DNA from: Geosiphon pyriformis uo1 | Lineage: Eukaryota; Fungi; Glomeromycota | Direction of reading: 5' to 3' | Length of the DNA stretch: 64,000 nucleotides | Assembly: GCA_016748015.1 (NCBI GenBank) | Contig: JAAOMT010000134.1 | Span: 874,757-938,756, forward strand | In this document: one piece after another, positions 52,889 to 64,000 of the stretch | Layout of the letters: the number at the start of each line of letters is the position of its first letter | Numbering within the stretch: position 1 is the first letter of the stretch | Made by a program: the position numbers and the translations under genes | The notes under the pieces: model-generated | Told to the model about the DNA's origin: nothing | What the model saw: only the letters and a program-made list of their open reading frames with translations | Databases searched by the model: none

Positions 52889-54419
52889 TTAAGTTATTAA
52901 TTAATTAATAATTTAAAATAATAATATATACTAATTAATAATAAAAATTATAAAAATAATTTTATGTTAATTAATAACTCAAATTTTTGCTAATAATATT
53001 AAGTAATAATTTGATTTTTTATTTTTATTTTCAATAAATAACTTAATCTGAAAAATAACTACATATAATATTAAAAACATTTATGTTTTTATCAAGTAAA
53101 ATAATATTATTAAGTAGGATAAAAATTTAATAATATTATTTTAATTGTTATAAAAACTAAGTTTTGTTTAAGTATTAAATTATAAATTACAAACAAATAT
53201 AAAAATATAAGAATTTTTATTTTAAATTTAAATTTTGGCTTTTTGGATATTAATATAGTAATAATTATAAATAATTAATTAGTCAAACATGTTTTTGAAA
53301 TTTTTGAAATTATTATTTAAAAATAAATAGTTGGTTACTATTTTAAATTTATATATTGGTATTATTTTGGATAAAAAATTTGGTTTAAGTTTATAATATT
53401 AATTCTATAATGGCTAAAGTTTTAAACACCAATATTTTTGTAGTTTTAAGTAAAAATTTTAATAAAAATAATTTTGGTTGTAATATTAGTTTTAATAAGT
53501 TTTTAATTTTAAGTTTGTTTAATTTTTTTTATAATTTTATTTTACATAAATTGTCTATATAATTTAACTTTAAAAGTATAAAAAAATTTATAAATTTTGT
53601 TTTGGTTAGTAATAATTTTTAAAGTTTAGTGTTTAATTAACAGATTTAATAACTTAATGAATTTTTTAATATGAATTATTTAGTATTATTAATAAATATT
53701 GGCTTGAAAGTTTTTTGAGTTTTTAGCTTAATTTTATATACAAATAAATCAACAAAAATAGATAAAAACATAAAATTAATAGTATTAATAAGAAAATATA
53801 AACAAAATTTAAAAGTTTATTTTTAGATACTATTTTGCAAATAGTAAAATATTTTAAAATTAATAAGAAAAAAAGTAATTTTAATAATATGTAATTAGTA
53901 TTTAATAAGATTTTATATAGTATTATTAATACTATATTATTAAAAATATAGTCTTAAAATAATAATTTAGTTAAGAATACTGTATTTTCTAAATTTTATA
54001 AATTAAAAATACTTATTTCTAAAATTTTAAAAGTATTTAAGTTAAATAATTTGATAAAGTTTAAAATCTTAATAAATATATAGATTAAGCTTAAATTTAA
54101 TATAATTATAAAATTCCAGAATTTTTTAAATATTAAATTCAATAATAGTAATATTAAACAATTTTTGGTCTGTTTAAAAAAAACTTATAAACTTTGTAAA
54201 ATATGTAAATCTGTATATTAAAACTATTATTATTAAGTATATAAAAACTTTTATTGATAATAAAAACTGTATAATTAAAAATATATTTTAAATTTTTAAT
54301 TGATAATAAAAAATTGGTTTTAAATTTTAATAAAATTAAAGACAAAGTGAATTTAATAATAAAAAATTAAACCAAAAAACATATTATTAAGAATAAGATT
54401 TTTTTTTATTAATAAAGAC

Positions 54420-55300
54420 AATTTGTACTTTTAGATTATATTAATAATAGTGTTTTTTTAGTATTATAAAACAGATTTGTCTTAATAAATTTTTGTTAAT
54501 TGTTAAAAGTTTTTCTAAAGAAAAAGCTATTGGTTTGTTTAAAATTATTAACAAAATATAAACAAATTATAATAAGTTTATTTTAATCTGACTTTTGAAT
54601 TTGTTAAATATGTATTTATTAAAAAAAACAATTTTTAATGCTTAAAAAAAAGCTTAGATTTCAATAATTTCAAAAGTATATGAGTGAAAAAATATATTAA
54701 CAAATATTAAATTAATTACTTTAATTAAACTACAAAAAAAATTGGTCAAAAATTCTGTTTAATCAGATTTTTATAGCTTATAAGAAGGTTAAAATTTTAA
54801 AAAAAACAATTTTTTAATATTACAAGATACTTTAAATTAATTTTTCATTTTTGTTATTGAAAAAAATATAATTAGTTCTTTAAAACATATATAAAACTTA
54901 TAATTTTATAGATTAATTATATTTAAATAATAATTTAAAGAAAATTAAGATATGTAACAAGTTTATTAAATTTTTTGGACATATTTACAATGACTATACA
55001 AATAAAATTATGACTAATTTTAAATTAATAAGAGATTATAAGATTTACAATAGTTTAAATTAGAATAAGATGTTTTTGTTTTTTTTTAAAGAATTTTTTA
55101 CAATTTTTTTTTGTATAAAATTATCTTTAATAAGCAGTTTTGTATCTAATCTTAGCTATTTTATAATCTATTATTAAATACAAAACTCAGTTCAGTTTTA
55201 TTAACAAAAATATATATAAAAAATCAAACTGTTTATTTAAAAAAAAATTAAAATACAAGTTTAATTTACTTAGAAACTTTTTAAATAAAGTTATTTACTA
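54420..55300 (+). pseudogene. Hypermutated LINE RT relic inside an AT desert
   Basis: TTAGTTCTTTAAAACATATATAAAACTTATAATTTTATA and AAAATTAAGATATGTAACAAGTTTATTAAATTTTTTGGA align to the LVLQDMRKAYDSV and RIKMYNKFIRFFG coding DNA, mainly by G>A and C>T changes. Confidence 0.7.
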
Positions 55301-55354
55301 TTTATTATTGTATAATTTAAAATCATTTAAACAGATTCGAATTAAAAGTAAAAT

Positions 55355-56130
55355 AATATTATGAATAATTATTAATAATAAAAAGTTATGGATTTTATAA
55401 CTTGGTGTTTAATTAATATCTATTATAAATTGAAAATTTATTTATAATAAAGTTTTTTATATAATAAATAAAGAATTATTATAATCTTGGTTTAATATAA
55501 TCACTAGTTTATTCTGATATTTATATCTTTTTAGTAAGCAATACTAGTTTTAATGACTATTATTACATTTTTTTTTGGTATTTTTTACCAAACAATTCTT
55601 AATATTGTAATTTTAATGCTTTTTTTTTATTAATTAGTAAATAAAAGACTTAAAATAAATAAACAAATAAATAAAATATATATTAGTATTTTATTAATAG
55701 TTATAATTAAAAACTATTGTTTTAATATTATTATATTGTTAAGTTTAATGTAAATAATATTAAGATAATTTAAGGTTTATAAATAAATAACATTAATATT
55801 TTAGATAATTATATTTATTAAATTGATTATAATTTAATTAAAAAAAGAATAAAAACTAAACTAATATTAAAATAAACTTGTTTAGTTTTTAAATGTTTTT
55901 TTTAGTTTTTAATACTTTTGTTATATATATTTATATTTTTATAATACAAGATTTTTATAATTTTTGCAATTTTTTTAAGTTATTACTAAAATTTTTAACA
56001 TTTCTGAATCTCTAATATTCTTGTTGGTATTCTTAAAATTTTTAAAATTTCAAATATTACTTGTTTTAATAATCTTTTAATTTGCTATTAACTATTTTAT
56101 ATTATTTGTTTTTTTATATAAGTGGGTTTT
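55355..56130 (-). mobile_element. Highly eroded third copy of the solo-LTR family
   Basis: ATAACTTGGTGTT, TTTTACCAAACAATTCTT, TTAGTATTTTATTAATAGTTATAATTAAAAACTATTG and TTTTTAATACTTTTGTTATATATAT occur in the same order as in the LTRs at 2579 and 3873. Confidence 0.6.
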
Positions 56131-56539
56131 ATAATATGTTTTATTAATATTAAAATATTTTTAACAAATACTTTAAACATTAATTATTGAATTTACAAGT
56201 AGTAAGTTGGGTTTTTTATAATTTTTTATAATTTTTAATCAAGTTAAAAATTAATTTACAAACAATTTTTTAGTTAATCTTATAAAAATATTTTTAAATA
56301 ATAAGATTTTTTTAACTTTTAATATGCTCAATATATTATATTTTGAGTATAATATTTCTGTTCTAAATATATTAAGTCTTATAAAATATTTTAGAATTAT
56401 TAAGTCTCTTAAATATTTTGATATTGTTTTTGCTAATTAATTATTAAATAGTTATAAACAATGTTTTATCTAAAAAATTTTTGTTATTAAAAGTATATAA
56501 ATTTCAGAAATTTAATTTTTTTTTGGTTTATTTATATCT

Positions 56540-56915
56540 TTTTTTTTTATTAAGTTTTAATGAGTACAGCCCAATTACTATCTAGTATATAGAGTCAAGA
56601 CTGTGGATCCTAGTTAGACACAATTTACATATTTACTACATGTGACTAGTCACTCAGACTAATCAAAGCAATACTACACACTTATATGAACAGTAGTTAT
56701 ATTATTCAAACCAGAAAAAAACAAACAAGGCTTATAGAAACCAAAACTGACTCCAATAAAATCATCAATGCCAATTAACCTAACTGTGCCATTTAACAAA
56801 CCCTGTACTGAGCCACAAGACACTATTGGCAATACTTCTGAATTACCAACCAAATTATCCTTCTCCATATTAGCTTTAAATCTGAACTTAAATCTCCATA
56901 ACTCAGAATAATAAT
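56540..56915 (-). mobile_element. Short 3' LINE fragment (ORF2 C-terminus, tail, poly(A))
   Basis: GVSFGFYKPCLFFSGL...VHISV* followed by the shared tail. Confidence 0.8.
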
Positions 56916-58432
56916 GTACTTATATCTTAAATTTTATTATTAATAAAAATTTAATTAAAAATTTTTTATTGTTTTCAAAAAAAGCTTTTTTTAGTTAATA
57001 TATTAAATATAAATATTTTTGTTTTTATTTGTTTTAGTTTGCAAACTGTATTTTTGTTTAAGATTTTAAAAACTTTGGCTTTTTAGGTACTGTAAATAAT
57101 AATAATAGTAATAGTAATAATAATAATAGTAGTAGTAATAGTCATAGTAATAATACTATTGTCTATTTTTTTGACATAAGTTTAAGCATAAGAATTAAAA
57201 CTTATAATCTGTTGTTATTTATTTTGGTTAAAATATAGACTATTGTTTAGTACTTAAATATGTTTTAATATTATTTATTATTACAATTTTTTTAAATAAC
57301 TAAGCTTTTTTAAATGCTTATAAAGTTAAACTATTATTAGAAATTTTTAATATCTATAATAATTACTAAGTAAAATACTATTATATTAGAAACTTAATCA
57401 AGTACAAAAATAATTCTGTTAAATAAGCAAAAATAACAAATTATTTAAGTATTTTGAATAATATATAAGCTAATATATTAATAAGTTAAATCATATCTTT
57501 AGAATTGGTTTTTTTAATTAATATTAAAAAAAGTTGTTTGATATAAATAGTATAATAGTATTTAATAATATATATTATTTTATTAAATTAATAAATAATA
57601 TAGTCAGGTGTTTTTTATAAAAGATTAATCTTAATTTTAAGATTATTATTTATTTATTTGTTGATAATATTAATTAATATCTTATTGTTTTAATTTAATA
57701 TTTGAATTTTTATATAACTGTTGAATTTATAAGAAAACAAACTACTGGTTTTTGCACATATTTAATAAAAAATTTATATAAAAAATTATTAGTTACTATT
57801 AAAAAATAGTTGTATAATAGCAAATATTTAAGTATATTATATATATATTGTAATAAAATAAAGTTTTTAAATCATGTTTTTATTTATAGTTTAGATTTTT
57901 TTATTTATTAAAATTTATTATGTAAATAGTTTTTTTTTAAAAGTTTTTAATTATTATAAATTTAATATTATTGGTAATATTTCAAATACTAAATTTGTGT
58001 TTTTTTAATATTAGTTTGTATATGGTTTTGTGTAAAAAATTTATTTTTAAAAAGTGGTTAATAAAAATTAAAGCAGTTTTTAATAATATTAAAGATATTA
58101 TATTAAATTAGTTAATTTGGTATAAAATTTAGTTATTAGTCATAAAAATTATATATAATTGCTTAATTCAAAGTTATAAATAACAATAAAATAAAATAGT
58201 TTATTAAGAAATAATGATTTGGTTTTTTTAGTATTTAATGTTTTTCAATTATAATATTATATAATATTGTGTATTTATTTAAAGTAGTTAAAAATTATAC
58301 TATTTATTTTGAGTTTAAGATTAATTATTTGTTTTTTTGTAATATATTAAATAATTATGGAATTTTATTTAATAATAATAATAATAATAAAAACAATAAC
58401 AAAAATACTAATATTTATTTATTAAAAAAAAT

Positions 58433-60715
58433 TTTTTTTTATTAACTTTTAATGAGTGAGACCCAAAAGCCACCTAGCATAATACATCAAATTAAGTGAT
58501 CTAAACTAAGCACAAATTATGTATTTTCTACACGTAACCAGTTATTCAGACCAGTCAAGAATACACTACACTAATATTATAGAAGAAAACTTATCCAAAG
58601 ATGACATCTTCTGAATGACAGAAAACAAAGTTGTACTGCAAGAAACCAAACCTACTAGCCACTTGGCAGTTTTAAAGAGATTAGTTTTAATATCAACAGA
58701 CTTATGTTCTCAAAGGGACATTAAATTGGAAAACACTTCATTACCCACAATAGACAAAAGCTCTAAATTACCAGACATATCAAAGTCCTCCATGCAGTAT
58801 TCCTTTTTCAAAAAAACCACTTCTCTCCCCAACTTACCAACAGTCCTACTAAAGGAACTTATATGCACCAAAACCTCATTGATCCTAAGACCAAGAGCAC
58901 TACTTGAAACCAAATCACCATTAATAAACTGTTCAAAAATTGTAACCAGAAAGCCAATAGGCTTAATAATAGACTCAATCAAAGCAGAAAGCTTAGTCAA
59001 ATCAGATTCCAAAAAAAACAATCAGGATAGCACCAAAAAATTACCAACAACAACTGGAAAAGAAACAAAAGATAACAAAGGTGGAAATTCAGAGGAGTCC
59101 AAAGGAGCAAAAGCCTTAGCATAAGACTTAGAACCAACAAAACATAATGTAAACACCTTGAAAAACTTGGGAGGGGAAGGTGGAGAAACCTTATAGTCTG
59201 TAGCCAGATAACCCAGTTCTTAACACTTGAAACAACGCTAATAACCAGAAGTTTCTTACCAAATATGGCATTTTTTCAATGTACTAGTTTTGACAATAGC
59301 AGAGTCCAAATCAGCTTAGGAACCAAATGTGACCAAAGCAAACTGAAAATGACAACCAGACTCAAAAAAACGAGAGATAAAACATGTCTGACCACCAACT
59401 TGAGAAATCATATTACTGATTTCAAAAGCTGTGCATCCAGAAGGAAGATTAACCAACTTGGCCTTAAATTTATCACAAGACAAAATAGTCTCATTTTAAT
59501 TTACCAGAGGGAGGATTCTAACACTATTTTTGCCTACCAAAACTAACCAATAATTCAAAGCAAACACAGCAGAGTCCAACTTTTCAAAATAAACCACCAC
59601 ATACTGCCAAATACCAGCAGGCTTTAGCACAACATAAGTGACACTACCAAACACACTGAGAGCCATCTTAATGTCAGTAGTAAACACATCCAAGAGCATA
59701 TCACATAGTGCAATAGCAGCAGAAGGAGAACCAGACTCAGAAATTACCAAAGACTTGGCAATTTTGAGGGTGGCCAAATGTACAAAGCTTGTAAACTCAA
59801 CCAAGAATACAGCTTTCAAAGACACTTGAGAAGCAAACTCTACACAAAACAGCTTCACATTGTTTTTTGATACTGACTTTGCACCCAAGAAACCATGTAC
59901 TAACTGAAAAACAGTCTTAACATGAGCCAATTTAATCTTAAAAGTAGCACCAAGTACCAAAGTGAAGGCCACCTACTCAGTGAACCTTTGACAACTAGTA
60001 ATAGTTTCCCAAGCACCACCAGAAGTAGCACCAGAAACTAGAGGAGGAGATGATTCAGTTTCTATTTGATCAGCCCAGTTCCCAAGAACAGATAACCCAA
60101 TAGGAGGAGATTGTTTTGCTTCTAAAACTGGCAATAATCTACCAAAAGACACCACATTTGGCAATACAGCCAATGGTTGATTTAGACCTATCTTAAATGA
60201 TATGCCAGATGATGCTATAGAGATCTCATCTAAGATCTTATTGGAAACCACAAAAGAGTTTGGTATAACAATAGCAGAGACAAGTGACTGCTTCCACTTT
60301 TCTGAACTTTTGGTCTTTTTGACCATTTTTTTTGAAGAAAAAGTACTAGCAGCACCAGATATAGAAGCTATGAAAGGAAAGACCAGCTTGTTAACTGGTC
60401 TATTATTAAAAACTTTTGGGCTCTTAGTTGGAGTGAAGGCAACACTGAAACTAACCCAAGTGTGTCTCTTTAAGAGAACTTTAACTGGTAAAAAACCAGC
60501 CAAAAATGAGGAAATTGCTTTAGTGGCTACCAAAGGCAGCTTATCACGATTACTGGGTAAAGGAAAGGCTTCTAAAATGTTCTGTCTAGTTGCTTCTACA
60601 ACAGAGAGAGTTTTTTTAGTTGAAATTTTATTAGATATCTTAGGACAGATATCAAGTGCAGCTTTTTTACTCTTTGCTCTAATCGTGGTTATAAAATTAA
60701 GGAGACAAAGAGTTA
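58433..60715 (-). mobile_element. ORF1-only non-autonomous retroelement (HAL1-like), copy 2
   Basis: Colinear with 9855-12125 from the same 5' leader to past the Zn knuckle; ORF stop (58566-58568) abuts the shared 3' tail; no ORF2. Confidence 0.8.
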
Positions 60716-61389
60716 TTATATTAGATTAAAAAATTTAAAATATATTAAAAAAATATTTATAATTAAAAAATCTTAAAATATAAAACAAAAAAAAATAATT
60801 AAAAAAATTAAAAACTTTAACTTAAAACAAATTTATATATCTATAACAAAATTTATGTTATTATAAAAAGTTATATTATCTTATTCAAAAATTTTACAAA
60901 TATTAAATTATGTTAATATTTAAAAAAATATAAAAAAAATTTTTAAATTTTATATTTATTATAATAATAAATTTTAATTATCTATTATTTAATATTAAAA
61001 AAAAAACTTTTTTTTTTATGTTTTAAATTCTCCAAAAAGCATAATTTTAATAAAAAAGTTTTTTTATTTTTTTTTGTTGTTTTTGTTAATATTTTTTACT
61101 TTAATAACTTCTTTATTGTAAACTTGGAAGCTGCTTTGGACAGTAATATGTCTAAAAAAAACATTTAAAAAGGCTTTTTATGGTTCTGTTAGTGGTTTTT
61201 TTTGGTAATATTAAACACTTTGGTAATGAAAAAAACATCTCTTTGGTCAAGTCTGGTTTTAACAATAATATATTTTCAAATATGAATAATAATTCTAATA
61301 ATAATAAATATAGTGAATTTGTGTCTGGTATTGGTAATAGTTTTTTTCTTGACTTAGCTGCCACCACTCTCAAGACTGAAAGAGCAGTT

Positions 61390-64000
61390 CTTACTGTGGT
61401 TTTTGGCTTCTTTCTTGGTTTTTTTAATTTTAATATGATGTTATGGGATGGTCTTCTTGTTATATTTAATTGCTAATATTCCGTTTTAATTGCAATCAGT
61501 CTTTCGTGAGTTCCTTAATTCTATTTGTGTGATAATATCACTGTTATACTGAAGGCTTTTTTTTTAATGTCGTGATGTAAGTTATTTTTCAATTTCTGAT
61601 TGTTGTGTGTGTTTATGTACTCTTTTTCAGAGACTGAACTGAAATCTACCCGCTGTCTGGGGTCTTCTCTGAGGCTATTCTTGCAATTGCCTGATGTGTT
61701 TCTTTAATCTAGAAACACAGAATGTTAATGGCTTTTAGTGCTTTTCTTAATTCTTACAATAAAGCTTTTATCAATTAGTAACAATGTGAATAATCTTGAT
61801 CAAGGATTATTCTTTCAAGAGATTCAGCTGATGAATGATAGTTTCATTCAATAAATAATACAAGTAAGTTTCTTAATACTTTGGAATTATGATAATTCAG
61901 TTTTAAATATTCTTTTTTATTTTATTTTATTTTTGATTTAAAAGTTTTTTGGAATATTTAATTTGAAAGTATGATTTAAAGTGAAGCTTGTTGGATAAAA
62001 TTGGATCTATTGCTTGATAAGTTATGATTTTTATTACTTGATTGTCTTTTCCCAATATTAAAGCTATTGTATATATACATGTTTGTAGTTCTATGAGAAA
62101 ACATATTGTAATATTTTCTTTTTGATATTTCAATCTGGTGTTTGCTGCTATCATCAGTTGGTGTTGGCTGCTATTGTGAACTGGTGCTTACCACTATTGC
62201 GAGATGGTGTTTGCTACTATGTTAATTATTATCTTTCTAAGATTATTACTGTGCTATATTATGATTGAATAGTTTGTATTATTTTTATGATTCTTTTGTT
62301 AAATTCTTAAACCATAATATTATCCCTTTCTTTCAAGATTAAGCTCCATCGAAATTGAAGTTAAATTTTTCATTAAATTCTAAGTTACTATAGTGGTTCA
62401 ATACTGTGTTATTAATTTGTTGTTGTAATTCTTGAAATTACGAGTTGATAAGTTGTTCAATACTGTTGGTTGTTATTATGTTCATGGTTGGGTCCAATAA
62501 TAGTTTGTAACAGTTTTCAAATGCTTTGAAAATTCTGTAAACTGTTTTTGAATGGAATGTAGTATTGGTTTTTCCAATGAAAGATTTTAATAATTGGATA
62601 GTTGTTTTGTCAAACACTCTAGTTGAGTCTTTTGAGTATAATGTTTGTATATTCAAGTGCTTTCCTAGTTAATAATAACAGTAGTTAATTGGAAATTTCA
62701 TTTTCAAGTTGCTAAATGTGTTTGGTGTTAATTTACTTATTTCTATTTCTTCTATTATTAATGTATTGCCCAATGCTATCTCTAATTTTTCAATAACTTT
62801 GCTGATAAATTTGTTGTTATGTTTAGTAATATTATATAATTCAAAATTATGTTTTTTTTTTGTTTTTGGATTTTCTATTGTTCTTTTTATGTATGTTATT
62901 TTAGAGCTATTAACTGTAATTTCCAGATCAGATTTCAATTGTTGTAAGCTTTCAACTAATTGTTGAGTTATATTGTTAATGTTTTTTGAAATAAGTATTA
63001 TTGTTTTAATTTTGACTGCTATTTTGGAATTTTTTGCATGCGTTTTTATGGTTGTTAAATTATTTTTGCTGTGATCTAAGATTAATTATCTTTTTAAATA
63101 ATGTTTAATTAAAACTATTGGTTCTAAATCTTGTGGAATTTGTTTTGATAGAATTAAAAGTAATTGTGTTCCAATTCTGGGTGTCTTTGTTGTTATTACT
63201 GGTTTACTGTAATAGAATTTCAGCCGGTTACCATGTGCTGTTTTTCTTAATATTTTATCATCTAGTCTTAGCTTGTATGCTCCATTTTCAAGTATTTCAT
63301 GAATATAAAATGGTCCATCCCACTTGTGATCAAATTTTCCACTCCATTGTTTTTCTATTTTTGTATGATGCAACAATACTTTATCTCCAATTTTGTAGCT
63401 AATTATATTATTTGGTAACTGGTTATCATGTCTCACTTTTTGTTGTTCTTGTGATTGTTCAATATTTTGTGCTGCTTTTCTTCTTTTGTTTTCTAAAGTT
63501 CCCATTAATTCGTATGTTCTTCTAAGTAGTGTTTCCTAGAATGTTGCTTCCATAATAGTGTCACTTGGATAAGTTGGGATAGTAAGTTCAACTGGTAATG
63601 TGGCTTTTTTTCTATAAACTAGTTCAAATAGTGTGAATTGTGTAGTATCTTGTTTTACTGTTCTATATGCTAGTAGTACTGCTGGTATGAACAAATCCTA
63701 TTCTTTTTCATATTCATTACTAATTTTTGCCAGTGATTCGCATAATATGCAATTAAATCTTTCAACTAATCCATTTGTTTGAAAGTAGTATGGTATGTAT
63801 TTTTTCTTGGATCTAGGATGAGGTAACTTTCTATTTTCTTAGAGAGTTCCTTTTCTAATTGTGTTATTCTTTTCTTTAATGTTTCTGTCTTATTTTTCTC
63901 TATTATCATGTTAACTATTTAACTATGGTTAGCTTTTTTCTAAGCCGATTCAAGGGCTCTGGCAAGTGTAATGGCTTCTGGTAAGGAATTAGGGTGGGCA
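61390..64000 (-). mobile_element. Ty3/gypsy LTR retrotransposon remnant: gag C-terminus fused to integrase C-terminal half, followed by a decayed extra ORF
   Basis: QTNGLVERFN, AYRT, IGDKVLL, WDGPFYI (GPY/F module) at 63086-63795; gag-like EAITLARALESA at 63930-64000; left boundary approximate. Confidence 0.82.

Noticed and set aside
61117-61385. Possible 5' fragment of another LINE ORF1
   Set aside because: Plausible composition, but no homolog within the window to support it
1-64000. CRISPR arrays, tRNA/rRNA genes, bacterial HGT or endosymbiont DNA
   Set aside because: None recognised; the identified genes are eukaryotic and mostly spliced

Overview
Eukaryotic, intron-rich fungal DNA. Gene content, short AT-rich introns, a U12-type intron and the TE families suggest Mucoromycota/Glomeromycotina, possibly Geosiphon-like; this is an inference. 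A compact, CpG-retaining island of about 15 genes (~12.9-41.7 kb) holds Vps17, an EEP nuclease/phosphatase cut by an assembly gap, an alpha/beta hydrolase, an orphan ORF, Sam35/metaxin, a Sel1-repeat Chs4/Skt5-like protein, TMEM14, Atg14, NF-YB/Hap3, two tandem Pil1/Lsp1 paralogs, Cyp60/PPIL2, TFIIS, an ENT transporter and an F-box/ankyrin protein, plus a TIR-bounded Mutator derivative. CpG-depleted TE fields flank it: APE-RT-RNaseH LINEs (one near full length), two solo LTRs nested in a LINE, a Ty3/gypsy deletion derivative with an extra 3' ORF, and near-pure AT deserts, parts of which are recognisable transition-eroded TE relics. The main finds are (1) two ORF1-only ('half-LINE'/HAL1-like) elements sharing a structured 3' tail with the autonomous LINEs, (2) an AT-AC minor-spliceosome intron in NF-YB, and (3) graded, transition-dominated erosion of repeats beyond CpG sites. 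Exon boundaries and alignments were read by eye.
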